DNA of 64,000 nt from an uncultured Chloroflexia bacterium (GCA_963768655.1 CAVYIM010000003.1:544001-608000); one strand, 5' to 3'; numbered from the stretch's first letter, positions 18,712 to 31,919 are shown. Numbers and translations are program-made. Notes: generated by a model from the letters alone, not told the origin.

Positions 18712-19755
18712 TCAGCGCGCGCCCGATTTGCGAACGTGGTCCGCGATCCACAGCGTGATGGCCGAGCGGCGTCGTAGCTCGCCCCCACCGTCGTGGCCCT
18801 TCAGCGTCGCATCCAGCTCCAGCAGGCCGGCCAGCGCGGCGTCCAGCTCGGGCAGCGTCCATGTCCGCGCCTGGTTGGCAAGCATCTCGGCCCGGTACGG
18901 GTTGAGCTTGAGCGTCCGCACGAGAGTGGCAGCGGGCGTCCCCGCGGCCAGGAGGTCGGCGATCTGGATCAACTCGCGCAAGCGGCGATGGAGGTGGACG
19001 ATCAGGACGGGGGAGGGAACGTCGTCCAGGCGATCCGCCAGCTCGGCGGCCTCGGCCGCGTGGCGCATGCCGACGGCGTCGAGGAAGGCCCAGGTCGAGC
19101 CGGGAACGGCGTCGGCGACGAGAGCCCTGACATCCTCGGGGCCGATCTGGCCGTCGAGGCGGTAGAGGGCCAGCTTCTCCAGTTCCGACACGGCCAGCTC
19201 ACCCTGGCGGCGACGATCGACGTCGCGCTCGCGGACGAACGCGCCGACGCGTTCCGCCAGCAGCGCGGCCGCCGGGCCGGTGATGCGGATGCCGCGCTCC
19301 CCTGCGCGATCGGCGATCCAGCGCGCCATGCCCTCGCGGGTTGGGGCTTTGAATTCGCGGACGTCGCCGCCGGCCGCGGCCACCGCGTTCCGGAGCGCTT
19401 CCAGCGAGGCGGGGCGCCGGGCGGTGCCGTCCACCAGGTCCAGGAACGCCAGGCCGTTGCCGTCCGCCACGGCGTCGAAGACCGCCACGAGGCGAGCCGC
19501 CAGTGGCTTGTTCACGATGAGCGGCGCCGGTTCGGCCACGACCACCAGCGTGCCGCCGCCGAACATGGTGGCCGTGGCCACTTTCTCGGCAATCTCGTCA
19601 GCGGAGGTGGAGCTGCCGGAGAGGCGGATTCGTTCGAGCGCGGGGCCGCCGCCCGCCAGCCGAGCGGCCAGCGCGTCGGACCCGCGGGCGACGCTGTACG
19701 AATCGTCGCCCCAGTAGTAGCCGAGCGGCGCAGGCCGCGTGGTCGGTGCGGCCAC
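18712..19755 (-). CDS. holA: DNA polymerase III delta subunit
   Basis: YYWGDD, MFGG..LVVV, ELEKLALY, W.FLDAV, LLELDATLKG; canonical position after comEC. Confidence 0.85.
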   Translation of the reverse strand: MAAPTTRPAPLGYYWGDDSYSVARGSDALAARLAGGGPALERIRLSGSSTSADEIAEKVATATMFGGGTLVVVAEPAPLIVNKPLAARLVAVFDAVADGNGLAFLDLVDGTARRPASLEALRNAVAAAGGDVREFKAPTREGMARWIADRAGERGIRITGPAAALLAERVGAFVRERDVDRRRQGELAVSELEKLALYRLDGQIGPEDVRALVADAVPGSTWAFLDAVGMRHAAEAAELADRLDDVPSPVLIVHLHRRLRELIQIADLLAAGTPAATLVRTLKLNPYRAEMLANQARTWTLPELDAALAGLLELDATLKGHDGGGELRRRSAITLWIADHVRKSGAR

Positions 19756-19756
19756 G

Positions 19757-20452
19757 TCAGGTCTCCCGAGCGAGGAGCGGCGCGGCGGGCGGCGCGGGCG
19801 GCGCGAGCGGTGGCGCGGGATGCCGCGCAGGATGCCGCGCGAGTCGCAGGGCCCGGCCCGTCCACTTGAGGCGGCGCATCTCTGCCGGCGCGACGCCCAC
19901 GAATTCGCATACCCGAGCCTCCAACGCCTCCGCCCGCTGCCGGACGGCAGCCAGCGTCTCGGGCGTCCATGTCCCTCGGGCTTTCTCGGCGCGCACTTCG
20001 GGCGGGTAGCGGCGCTCCCACGACGCGAACCGCTCAGCCATCGACTCGACCTTCTGCCCGGCGCGCTTGTCCGCATAGGCGACGATCAGGGCCTCACTCG
20101 ATGCGCCGGCGAACCAGCGGTCGAACCAGGCGCCGTCGGCCAGGCGCGTCGCCGGATGACCGGCGATCGCCTCGCCGAGCTCCGGATGGCCGCGTCGGGC
20201 CAGCCATTCGGCCGAGCCGGCGCCGTGGGCCAGGTCCGCCACCGACGGTCGCGCGGCCGGCAGCTTGTCGACGTCATGCAGGAGAGCGGCCGCTTCCACG
20301 AGGCGGCGATCGAGCGATCGCCCAGCCGAAACCGCCCGCCACGCCAGCCAGCCCGCCGTCTCGGCCACGGCCCGTGAGTGACGGAGGTGCCAGGCCGGCG
20401 GCTCGAGCGAGAGCAGCAGGGCCGCGCTTTCTCGACGGCTCGGGACTGACAT
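19757..20452 (-). CDS. HD-domain phosphohydrolase
   Basis: RHSRAV, AALLHDVDK, H...GH, VAYADK motifs; TACAAT -10 lies 7 nt before ATG. Confidence 0.85.
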   Translation of the reverse strand: MSVPSRRESAALLLSLEPPAWHLRHSRAVAETAGWLAWRAVSAGRSLDRRLVEAAALLHDVDKLPAARPSVADLAHGAGSAEWLARRGHPELGEAIAGHPATRLADGAWFDRWFAGASSEALIVAYADKRAGQKVESMAERFASWERRYPPEVRAEKARGTWTPETLAAVRQRAEALEARVCEFVGVAPAEMRRLKWTGRALRLARHPARHPAPPLAPPAPPAAPLLARET

Positions 20453-23013
20453 AGATCGAATTGTACAGGAGCCCGGGCGGGGTGGAGGGGCCCACGCCCG
20501 CACCCACGCCGGCTCCGGCGGCCAGCGCCGAGCGCCCCTCCGCAGGTCGCCGGCCGTAATCGGAGCGGGCAGACGAGACGGTCACCGCCGCGGCGTCCAG
20601 CGTGGTCTCGACCGTGCCGACCTGATCGGTCCGCAGAACCGTTTGGGCGTGGGTTCGCAGTCGGGCCATCGTCGAAGGTGCCGGATGTCCGTACGGGTTC
20701 CCGGCCCCGACCGAAACGACCGCCACGCCAGGCCGAAGGGCCGCCAGCAGATCGTCGGAGGACGCGGTCGCGCTGCCGTGGTGGGCGACCTTGAGCATGT
20801 CGACGGTCGGCAGCCCGCGTCCCAGCAGGATGGGGTCGACGTCGTCCTCGGCGTCGCCCGTGAGCAGGAAGCGGCGGTTCTCGTATTCGCCGAGCAGGAC
20901 GATCGAGGCGTCATTGGTCTTTCGATTGTCCGTCGCGGTGGGGTCGAGACAGGCCGGCCGCACCGTTCCGTCGTCGGGCCACAACACGCGCAGCGTGGCG
21001 TCGTCGAGTCGCAGCGCGTCGCCCGTCCGCAGACGCTCGGGCCTCAGGCCGTGGGCGGTCAGCGCGTCGAGCCAGGCGCGGTAGGCGGGCGTGGAGACCG
21101 ACCAGCCCGACTCGAACGCCCGCCCGACCCGGTACTTGTCGACGACGGTCACCAGGCCGCTGACATGGTCGTCGTGCGGGTGCGTCAGGACGATCGCGTC
21201 GAGCCGTCGATCCCAGGCCGGCACGTACCGATCCAGGACGTTGAGTAGGAGGCTGCCGTCGGGGCCGCCGTCTATCAGGATCCGGCCGCCGTGATCGCCT
21301 TCGAGGAGGATCGCGTCGCCCTGGCCGACATCCAGGACGATCACGTGGACGGCGCCGTCGGGCCGCGACGCGACCACGCAGCCGGCCAGGGCGACGACGA
21401 AGGCGGCCGCGACGAAGACTCGGCGGTGGTTGGGCCGGCGGGCCGGCTTTCCAGCGTCCCCGGCGCGGCCGGCACGCGCCGAGGGGCCGGTACACCGGGT
21501 CGGCCGATCGGCCTTGCCGGACGAGGGCGCGCGGAGCTGTCGATGGAGCAAACACAGCGCCAGCCCGGCCGCGGTCGCGGCCAGGGCGTTCGCCGGGAAG
21601 GCAAGCGTCTCATTCGCGCCGGGAACCGAGGCGGCCACGTGCACCACCGAGATCAGCCCCGCCAGTAGTGCCCACGCCGGGAGTGCCAGAAGGCCGCACA
21701 GCCAGGATGGCGCTCCAAGCGCGCCCAGCCCGCCCGCCACGAACGCCAGGGCGCCCGCCGCCATGGCCGGGGGAACGAGTGGGACCGCGACCAGGTTCGC
21801 CGCCGGGGCGATGAGGGCCAGCCGGCCGAAGGTCAGAAGGGCGATCGGCAGTGTTGCCGCCTGGGCTGCCAGCGAGACCCCCAGGCTTTCGCGCAGAGGA
21901 CCGGGCAGCCAGGGAGCGGCCGCCTCCAGGCGGCGAGTGAGTGGCGTCGCCCATGCCACCAGCCCGGCCGTGGCCGCCGCCGAGAGCTGGAACCCTGCGT
22001 CGCCGACCGTGCCGGGTTCGGCGACCACCATCGCGGCGACGGCCCACGCGAGGCCGACCATCGCCCTCGAGCCGCGCCCGCTCTCGACGGCGAGAAGCGC
22101 CACCGCCGCCATCGAAGCGGCTCGAATTCACCGAAGGTGACGCGCCGGCGAACAGCGTGTAGGCCACGATCGCGGCAAGCGTGACGACGGCCCGTCGGCG
22201 GCGGCCGACGAGAGAGCCCAGGAGCGCCGCCACGGTCGCAGCCACGATGGCGATGTTCCAGCCGGAGATGGCGACGATGTGGCTGACGCCGGCGGTCGTG
22301 AAGTCCGCCGCCACCTCCTTGTCCACGCGGTCGCGGAGCCCGATCAGGATGGCGGCGGCGAGCCCGCCCTCGGGCTCGGGCAGGACACGCTGGAGCGCGT
22401 CGCCCGAGGCCTGGCGGAAGCCTTCGAGGCGCCCCGCCGGTGAGTCGTCGTGAGCGAGAAGCGCCACTTCTGTCGCCTCGCACGAGGCGGTGATGCCCTG
22501 CGACGCCAGCCAGTCGTCGTAAGCGCTCTGAGTCAGCGGCCGGATACGGCCGGACCAGCTGACGACGTCGCCGCCGATGAGCCGTGGATACGCCGGCAGG
22601 TTGGCCGAGCAGGTGAGTGGCGGCGCGGCGATCTCGATCGTGGCGATCTGGACGCCTTTGGTCGCATGCGCGCCGATCACGGTCGCCTGCCACGTGTCCG
22701 TCCCGGCGGGGAGTGGCGCCGTTCCGGGCGATCCGCCGGCTGCCCCGCCCAGGGCCGCGCCGGCCGCAAGGCGAGCGGCCACGATCGCCGCCCCGAGCGC
22801 GGCAACGGCCAATCTCGGCGCCCAGGCCGGCCGGCGCGCCAATCCGCATACACACGCAGCCGCGAGGATCGCCGCCGAGATACTGGCGGCTGCCACGGTC
22901 GGCGCCGCGTCGGGCGCAATCGCTCCTTGCGCAACGGCCGTGGCCCCGACGCCGACGCCCGCGCCCGCAGCCGCAGTCACGCCGACCGCCAGCCACGCCG
23001 GCCGGGGGAGCAT
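20274..23013 (-). CDS. comEC: ComEC/Rec2 competence protein (OB + competence + MBL domains) with an apparent +1 frameshift near 22127
   Basis: GVSHIVAISGWN, GFQLS, DVGQGDA, THPHDDHV, KVAHHGS, NPYGHP; two ORFs join at SPSV(I)RAASM. Confidence 0.9.
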
Positions 23014-23016
23014 CGC

Positions 23017-23706
23017 TCAGCCGACCGTGACCAGGGCGCGGAACTTGGCGAGTGTGGACGCGGCCACGATCTTGCGGGTCACGAGATCGTCGATGCTGCG
23101 GAATGGCTGCTGCTCGCGGGCGGCGATGATCTTCTGCGCCGTCACCGGCCCGACGCCAGGCAGCGTGTCGAGCTGTTCGGCCGTCGCCGTATTGAGGTTG
23201 ATCAGTCCCGCGGTCGCCGCCTGGCTCCCGGCCGCGCCGGGCGACGTCCCGCCCGCTTCTCCGCGTCTGGGCACGTGGATCAGCTGGGCATCCACGAGCT
23301 TCGCCGCCAGGTTCAGCTGCGCCTCCGCCATGCGCGGGTCCACGTCCGCGGAGTACCCACCCGCGGCCTTGATCGCGTCCGCGACCCTCGACCCGATCGG
23401 AAGGGAGTAGACGCCCGGACTCAGTACCGCCCCGGACACCTCCACGACCAGCATCGCCTGCGTGGCCGCCGGCGCGGTCGACGCGCCGCTGCCGCCGGTA
23501 TCGCCGGCGCCCGAAACCATCTCCACCTGACCGCCGCCCTGTCCCGCGACGAGCAGCGCCGCGCCGACGGAAACGACCACCAGCACACCGACCGCGGCCA
23601 GCAGCAGCCGCGAGGCGTCGAGGCGCAATCGCTGGGGAGGCGGTTCGGGCGGGGCTGTCTCCGGCGTTTCGATCGCCCGCCAGGGCGCGCTCGTGTCCAT
23701 CGGCAT
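23017..23706 (-). CDS. comEA: ComEA DNA-binding protein
   Basis: TM anchor, SLBB (VEVSGAV..PGVY.L..GSRV.DAI.AAGG), HhH (INLNTATAEQLDTLPGVGP..AQKII). Confidence 0.92.
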   Translation of the reverse strand: MPMDTSAPWRAIETPETAPPEPPPQRLRLDASRLLLAAVGVLVVVSVGAALLVAGQGGGQVEMVSGAGDTGGSGASTAPAATQAMLVVEVSGAVLSPGVYSLPIGSRVADAIKAAGGYSADVDPRMAEAQLNLAAKLVDAQLIHVPRRGEAGGTSPGAAGSQAATAGLINLNTATAEQLDTLPGVGPVTAQKIIAAREQQPFRSIDDLVTRKIVAASTLAKFRALVTVG

Positions 23707-23925
23707 CTCCGACTGCGTGCTCGGCGGGGTTCGCCGCAAACACTATCGGAGGCCGATCACCCTGCGCTTATCGCGCGCTTATCGCGCGCCCGGCAGCCGG
23801 GGCATTCCTCGTCGGCTCGGAGCTGGGGAAAGGATCGACCTTCCGGAGTCCGTCTCCAGCCCGGTCGTTCGTGTCCCGCCGTTCGTCTCCCGCCGAGCAC
23901 GGCGAGTCTGGCGAGCCAGACTTCG

Positions 23926-26475
<2,550 letters not shown>

Positions 26476-26709
26476 GGTGGACCTCTCAGTGGCTGGTTCG
26501 GGCCGCGGCGACCCTCCGGATCTGCCGCCCGAGTGAGGCTTCAGTTTATCCGAGGGACCCGCCACGCGGGATCAGCGCGCCGCCGCGGACGGCGCCGTGG
26601 CAGCCATGCCCGACGGCGCCGGACGGCTTCCCGCCGGCCCTGGCTCGGCAGCATCGGACGGCTCCCCGTCGGGCCCTGGCTCGCCGCGCCGGACGGGTCC
26701 CTGATAGCC

Positions 26710-26747
26710 GATCTGGACAAATGCAAATCCCCGTAGCACGAGTCCAG
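26710..26747. repeat. Dispersed repeat; inverted homologue of 59936-59975
   Basis: GATCTGGACAAATGCAAATCCCCGTAGCAC vs reverse complement GACCTGGACATATGCAAACCCGGGTAGCAC. Confidence 0.6.
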
Positions 26748-27129
26748 GACCGAGCATTCGAACGGCACGTCCCAGTGCTGGATTGGGCTCTGGCCCGCCC
26801 CGTTTCGCGCTCAATCTGGCCTGCCGGAGGCCCGAACGGCCGATCCCTGGCCCGGAGATGAGCCTGCCCTGCCTCGCGCACCCGGACGATCTGATCTCGC
26901 GCTACCCCCGTGAAGACCAACAGGCGCCACGCGGCGGAGCACGCAACTCTGGTTCACAGCAGGTTCAGGCTCGACGGCCGGCAACTACGGGGGTGGCTGA
27001 TGAACCCGACCGAGCCAACGACGGGGCTGGCATTCTGGACAAATTCAAGCATCGCGTCGACCCGGAGATCCGGACACTCCTGCTACACATCGGGCGAGAC
27101 GAGTAAGAGGCCTGAAGGAGGGAAGGCGC

Positions 27130-27593
27130 ATGAACTCGAGGTTCGCCACAATCGTCGAATCCTTGGAGCCGGCATTCCAGGCGCTCATTCAGATGGCGCC
27201 GGTGTGCGTGGAGCGGCTACCTAAATCAACGCCGATGCGGGGGATCTACTTGTTCTCGGACGGTGCCAAACATCTATACGTTGGGCGTAGCGACAACATC
27301 CGGCGGCGAGTTCGCCTTCACTGCCGCCCCGGCAGCCAGCACAGGCGACCTTTGCCTTTCGAATGGCGCGACGCGAGACCGGCCATATCGAGGCGGCCTA
27401 CACGGCTACGGGCTCCCGCAGGGCCATTGTCAACGATGCCGTGTTCGGCGCCGCGTTCCTCGCCTGCAAGGCGCGGATCAGATCCTTGGACCTGCGCTAT
27501 GTGGAGGAGAGCGACCCCACTCGACAGGCCCTGCTAGAGATCTACGCGGCCACGGTCCTTGAGACGCCACTCAACGATTTCGAGAATCACTGA
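27130..27593 (+). pseudogene. GIY-YIG family nuclease, frameshifted near 27343
   Basis: GIYLF....LYVGRS.NIRRR..H in the first frame; ALLEIYAATVLETPLNDFENH in a second frame. Confidence 0.75.
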
Positions 27594-27679
27594 GCAGCCA
27601 CGCTAGCGCTTCGGCCCGGACCTCGCCTTGGGAACCGATCGCGACTTCGCCTTGGGCCGATATGTCTTTGACATTTGGG

Positions 27680-28486
27680 TCATGCCCCCAAGATGTCGCG
27701 CCTGGCGACCGCGAACACGCCGATTGCCGTCAGGATGACCGACGGCACCGCGAGCGCCGCGTAGCGCCAGAGCTCAGTTGCGTGGTCGAGCGGGTTGCCG
27801 CCGAATGCCCAGTCCCAGGGCGAGATGTGTCGCCACGGCGCGAGCACGCTGCTCAACTGGAACAGGGAGGAGACGATCAAACCGACGAGGGCCACGCCGA
27901 GACCGATCGCCAGGACCAGGGAAGGGCGCCCGCGGATGCCGGCGACGGCAACGGCGAGGCTCCCGTGGAACGCGGCGAGCAGACCGGACAACACGATCGT
28001 GGAGAGGACAAATCCGCTGTCGATGCGAAGATCGAAGGCCGCGTCGCTGGCGAGCTGAGCGAGCAGCAGGACGATTGTGATAGCGGCCAGGGCGATCAGG
28101 GCTGCGACCACGCGACCGACCAGGACGGCCCGTCGGGAGACGGGCTGGGCGAGATACAGCTCCATTCGGCCGCTGGCCTCCTCGCCGGCAGTCTGTCCGT
28201 TCACGAACAGCACCGCCGCAGCGGCGAGCAGGAGTGGCACGAAGAAGTCATAAAGGTTGCCTCGCAGGAACCCTGCTGGGGTTCCGAAGTCCTGGAGGCC
28301 GAATGCCTGGACGACACCCGAGGGCAACTGATCCATTGCCTGAGAGATGCCCGACGAACCCTTGAACGCTGGCCAGACGGAGATCGTGCCGGCGACCAAG
28401 GCCGCCAGCCCGATGGACCACCACAATGTCGCCCGCCGCATGGCGCGAAGCGGTCCGGCGACGAGTTCGAGCATCCGCGCGTTCAT
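27680..28486 (-). CDS. ABC-2 type transporter permease
   Basis: AGEEASGRMELYLAQPVSR motif, multiple TM helices, ISPWDW. Confidence 0.88.
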   Translation of the reverse strand: MNARMLELVAGPLRAMRRATLWWSIGLAALVAGTISVWPAFKGSSGISQAMDQLPSGVVQAFGLQDFGTPAGFLRGNLYDFFVPLLLAAAAVLFVNGQTAGEEASGRMELYLAQPVSRRAVLVGRVVAALIALAAITIVLLLAQLASDAAFDLRIDSGFVLSTIVLSGLLAAFHGSLAVAVAGIRGRPSLVLAIGLGVALVGLIVSSLFQLSSVLAPWRHISPWDWAFGGNPLDHATELWRYAALAVPSVILTAIGVFAVARRDILGA

Positions 28487-29385
28487 ACCGTCTCACCGTC
28501 GTAGAGGTCGAGGAATGCCTCTTCCAGATCTGGTTCCTCGATCAGCATCGAACCGACCTGATGGCGGGCGAGCAGGCCAAGCAGTGGCTGGATAGAGCCC
28601 GAGAGAGTCGCCGTGAAGCGATGTTCGTCGACGACCGGGTCAACCATGTCCGGCAGGGCTTTGAGTTCGGCCTCCGGCGGGTCGTCTTCGAACCAGACCT
28701 CGATGCGCTGGCGGGCACGCCCGCGAAGTTCCGCCACAGTCCCCTGTGCCACGAGCTTGCCGGCCCGCAGGATAGCCACGCGATCGGCCGCCCTCTGGAC
28801 TTCGCTCAGCGAATGAGAGGAGAGGAAGACCGTCGCGCCGGCCGCGCGCGCATCCCGCACCATCGCCAGAAACTCGCGCTGCATCAATGGATCCAGACCG
28901 ATGGTCGGCTCATCGAGGACGATCAACTCGGCGTCGAAGAGGAACGCGAGCAGGAGGGCGACCTTGCGCCGATTGCCAGTCGAGAGGTCGCGCAAGTGAC
29001 GGCGGAGATCGAGCCGCAGTCGCTCGGCGAGCTGGTCGCGACGTGCCGGATCGAAGCCGCCCCGCGATCGGCCGATGCTCGCGACGAACTCCATCCCGGA
29101 TAGCCGGTCGGGCAGTCTCAGCTCGCCGGGCACATAGGTGAGCCTGCGCCGCAGCGCGACCCCGTCGCGGGTGGCATCGAGGCCGAAGGCGCCGATCCTG
29201 CCCGCGGTGGGCAGCAAGAGGCCGAGCAGGCAGCGGATCGTGGTGGTCTTGCCCGAACCGTTGGGACCGAGAAATCCGAAGACCTCGCCCCGGGCGACTC
29301 GCAGGTCGATCCCGCGAACGGCCTCGACCTTTCCGTAGTGCTTCACAAGGCCGTCGATCTGGACGACCGACTCCGCTCCATTCAT
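28483..29385 (-). CDS. ABC transporter ATP-binding protein
   Basis: GPNGSGKTT, LSTGN, LDEPT, SSH. Confidence 0.93.
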   Translation of the reverse strand: MNGAESVVQIDGLVKHYGKVEAVRGIDLRVARGEVFGFLGPNGSGKTTTIRCLLGLLLPTAGRIGAFGLDATRDGVALRRRLTYVPGELRLPDRLSGMEFVASIGRSRGGFDPARRDQLAERLRLDLRRHLRDLSTGNRRKVALLLAFLFDAELIVLDEPTIGLDPLMQREFLAMVRDARAAGATVFLSSHSLSEVQRAADRVAILRAGKLVAQGTVAELRGRARQRIEVWFEDDPPEAELKALPDMVDPVVDEHRFTATLSGSIQPLLGLLARHQVGSMLIEEPDLEEAFLDLYDGETV

Positions 29386-31412
29386 CGGTCCTTCGCTCCT
29401 GCAGCGATCCGGCTCGACAGGAGGGTTTGAAGCTCATCCCGCACTGCAGTAGCCGAGAAGATGGTCAGCCGATCCCCGGTCTCCAACACAACATCGCCGC
29501 GAGGCACGATCAACCGATCACCCCGCGCGATCGACACGAGCACGCTGTCGCGTGGCCACTTGGTGTCCGCGACGCGCTTTCCGGCAAGGACCGATCCGGC
29601 TGTGATTTCAGCTTCGAGCATCGACCCCGTCGATCCGACCGACCGCACCTGGCGGACGTTGGCTGCTAGGGCGCGGCGGTACTCCGCCATCGCATCGCGC
29701 GCCGAGAGAACGCCAGCGAGCCGATCATCCGCGACGACCGGAGCCCAAGAGCGATGCCCGTCGGCGAGAACTCCGAGCGCGTCGTCCAGCGAGTCGTCGG
29801 CGGAGATCACAGCTCCGTCCAGCGCCAGCCCGCCTACTTTCGCTGTCGGATCGGCCGCTTCGAGTACGGCCAGGTCGACGGTTCCCCGAACTGCGCCGTG
29901 CCGGTCGACCACGGGCGCTCCGGGTACGGCGGCGGTTACGAGCCTGGCAATCGCTTCAGCCACCGTCAGATCCACGCTGAGGACCGCTCGCGCCGCCCGT
30001 GCTGCGTCGCCCGCTGGGATTGCCGCCATGAGCGGGAGGGCGAACCGGAACCGGTGGGCGGGCAATTCGGCGCGGCTCCGGATCTGAGAGGCATAGATCG
30101 AGCGGTCGCCCACGATCAGGGTGGCGATCCCGATCGCGAGCATCGCCGGGGCGAGCATCGCCAGGCTGTCGGTCATCTCGGCGACCATCAGCATCACCGC
30201 GAGAGGAGCCCTTGCCACGCTCCCGAACAGAGCCATCATCGCCACGATGACGAAGGGCGACGGATCAACCGGAACCCCCGGCGCGACCGGTTCGAGCAGT
30301 CTCCAGATCCCGGCGCCGAGCAGTCCGCCGATGACCATTCCCGGACCGAAGATGCCGCCGGAGCCGCCTGAGCCGATCGAGAGCGAGGTCGCCAGGATCT
30401 TGGCGAACGGCAGCGCCAGGATCACCCACAACGGCAGGCCGAGAAGCGTCGTCCGGTCGAATCCCGCCTGGACCCAGCCGTAGCCGGTGCCCAACACACC
30501 CGGCAGCGCGAGGCCAAGGCAGCCAACGGCGAAGCCGGCGATGGCGGGACGAAGCTCGCGTGGAAGCTGCCAGCGCTTGAACCAGCGGGTCAGCCCGTAG
30601 AAGCTCCCGATGTAGAGCCGCCCGACCACCCCGCACGCCAGGCCGATCAGTGAGTAGTAGGCGAGCTGGCGCGGATCGGTGAACCCGGCCCCGGCCACAG
30701 GGCCGAATATCGGGTTGAAGCTGATGATCGCGCCGAAGATCGAGAAGGCGACGATCGAGCCGACGAAAGCCGGCACCAGGGCATCCGACTCCACGTCGTC
30801 GCGGTAAGGGATCTCGACGGCGAGGACCGCGCCGCCGAGCGGTGCGCGGAAGATCGCCCCGATGCCGGCGCCGATGCCTGTGCTCACCGCGATCCGAGCA
30901 TCCCGGGCGTCGAGATCGAGAACCCGCGCCAGTAACGAACCGAACCCGGCGCCGATCTGCGCCGTCGGGCCCTCGCGGCCACCGGAGCCGCCGGAACCTA
31001 TCGTGATGGCTGATGCGACCAGCTTGATCAGCGGAATCCGGGCGCGGATGCGGCGCGGCCCATGGTGGAAAGCGGCGATGGCCGCGTCGGTGCCGTGCCC
31101 CTCGGCCTCGGGCGCGAGCCTGAAGACGACGATCCCGGATATGAGGCCGCCGAGGGCAACGACGAGCGGGATCGCCCACGGCCGCGCGGCGTCGGTGATG
31201 GGCCGAGCGCCCTCTCCGAGCGGTGATGCGGGCGTGAACCCGGCCAGCGTGCCGAGGAAGAACCGCGTACCGAGGTCCAGCGCTACGAAGAAAAGGGCCG
31301 CGCCCAGGCCGCTTATCACGCCGATGATCGCGCCGAGCACGATCCATTTGCGCAGATAGGCCGTCGAGCGGACGCGAAGGCGAACCGACCGCAGAAGCGC
31401 TGCGCCGTTCAC
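29382..31412 (-). CDS. ClC chloride channel/antiporter with CBS pair and TrkA-C domain
   Basis: GHGTD, GGSGGREGP, GGIFGP motifs; C-terminal VPRGD..L..GDRL. Confidence 0.9.
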   Translation of the reverse strand: MNGAALLRSVRLRVRSTAYLRKWIVLGAIIGVISGLGAALFFVALDLGTRFFLGTLAGFTPASPLGEGARPITDAARPWAIPLVVALGGLISGIVVFRLAPEAEGHGTDAAIAAFHHGPRRIRARIPLIKLVASAITIGSGGSGGREGPTAQIGAGFGSLLARVLDLDARDARIAVSTGIGAGIGAIFRAPLGGAVLAVEIPYRDDVESDALVPAFVGSIVAFSIFGAIISFNPIFGPVAGAGFTDPRQLAYYSLIGLACGVVGRLYIGSFYGLTRWFKRWQLPRELRPAIAGFAVGCLGLALPGVLGTGYGWVQAGFDRTTLLGLPLWVILALPFAKILATSLSIGSGGSGGIFGPGMVIGGLLGAGIWRLLEPVAPGVPVDPSPFVIVAMMALFGSVARAPLAVMLMVAEMTDSLAMLAPAMLAIGIATLIVGDRSIYASQIRSRAELPAHRFRFALPLMAAIPAGDAARAARAVLSVDLTVAEAIARLVTAAVPGAPVVDRHGAVRGTVDLAVLEAADPTAKVGGLALDGAVISADDSLDDALGVLADGHRSWAPVVADDRLAGVLSARDAMAEYRRALAANVRQVRSVGSTGSMLEAEITAGSVLAGKRVADTKWPRDSVLVSIARGDRLIVPRGDVVLETGDRLTIFSATAVRDELQTLLSSRIAAGAKDR

Positions 31413-31834
31413 GCGAAGGGCTCGAACGACTGTGCCAGCTTGGCGATCGCTTCCGCCTCGATGGGCGTAACGGCCGCCGACGCGAGCACGGCAGCGAGGT
31501 CACGGCTGCGCCGCTCCAGGATACGGGTACGCAGCTCGCGGCCCGCCTCGGTCAATCGAACGCAAACCACGCGTTTGTCGAGGTCGTCTTTGTCGGTCCG
31601 CACGAGGCCGCGCGCTTTGAGGCGCGAGACGACACGACTCGCCGGCGAGGCATGGGCTCCGACGCGACTGGCGATCTCCCCAACGGCTGCGCCATCGCCG
31701 TCCTCACCGACAACGAACAAGACGCGCCACTGCATGAATGTGAGTTCGGAATCAGTGGCAGCTATCGCTCGGGCGGTGATGGCGACTGCGCCCACGACCA
31801 GGCGTTCGAGCACGGCCACCAGAGGATCTCGCAT
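31409..31834 (-). CDS. MarR family transcriptional regulator
   Basis: LTFMQWRVL, SRVVSRL..RGLV...DKRVV.VRLT..G; leaderless after TACACT. Confidence 0.88.
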   Translation of the reverse strand: MRDPLVAVLERLVVGAVAITARAIAATDSELTFMQWRVLFVVGEDGDGAAVGEIASRVGAHASPASRVVSRLKARGLVRTDKDDLDKRVVCVRLTEAGRELRTRILERRSRDLAAVLASAAVTPIEAEAIAKLAQSFEPFA

Positions 31835-31850
31835 AGCGCCCAGTGTAGCG

Positions 31851-31878
31851 CAGGTATATTCCGGTCGGAATATACCTG
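31851..31878. promoter_or_regulatory. Perfect 13-2-13 palindrome, putative MarR operator
   Basis: CAGGTATATTCCG-GT-CGGAATATACCTG immediately upstream of the marR -10. Confidence 0.7.
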
Positions 31879-31919
31879 GACCCGTCGCGCTCAATACCGC
31901 ACGGCCCCCGTAGTGCGGC

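Noticed and set aside
26480-26700. T-box riboswitch upstream of leuS
   Set aside because: No recognisable T-box bulge consensus with terminator was found.
27335-27350. Programmed frameshift in the GIY-YIG gene
   Set aside because: No slippery sequence; more likely decay or a sequencing deletion.
27618-27637. GGACCTCGCC...GAACCG partial match to the att-like repeat in the tRNA-Ala(GGC) island
   Set aside because: Too short and gapped to support without a profile search.
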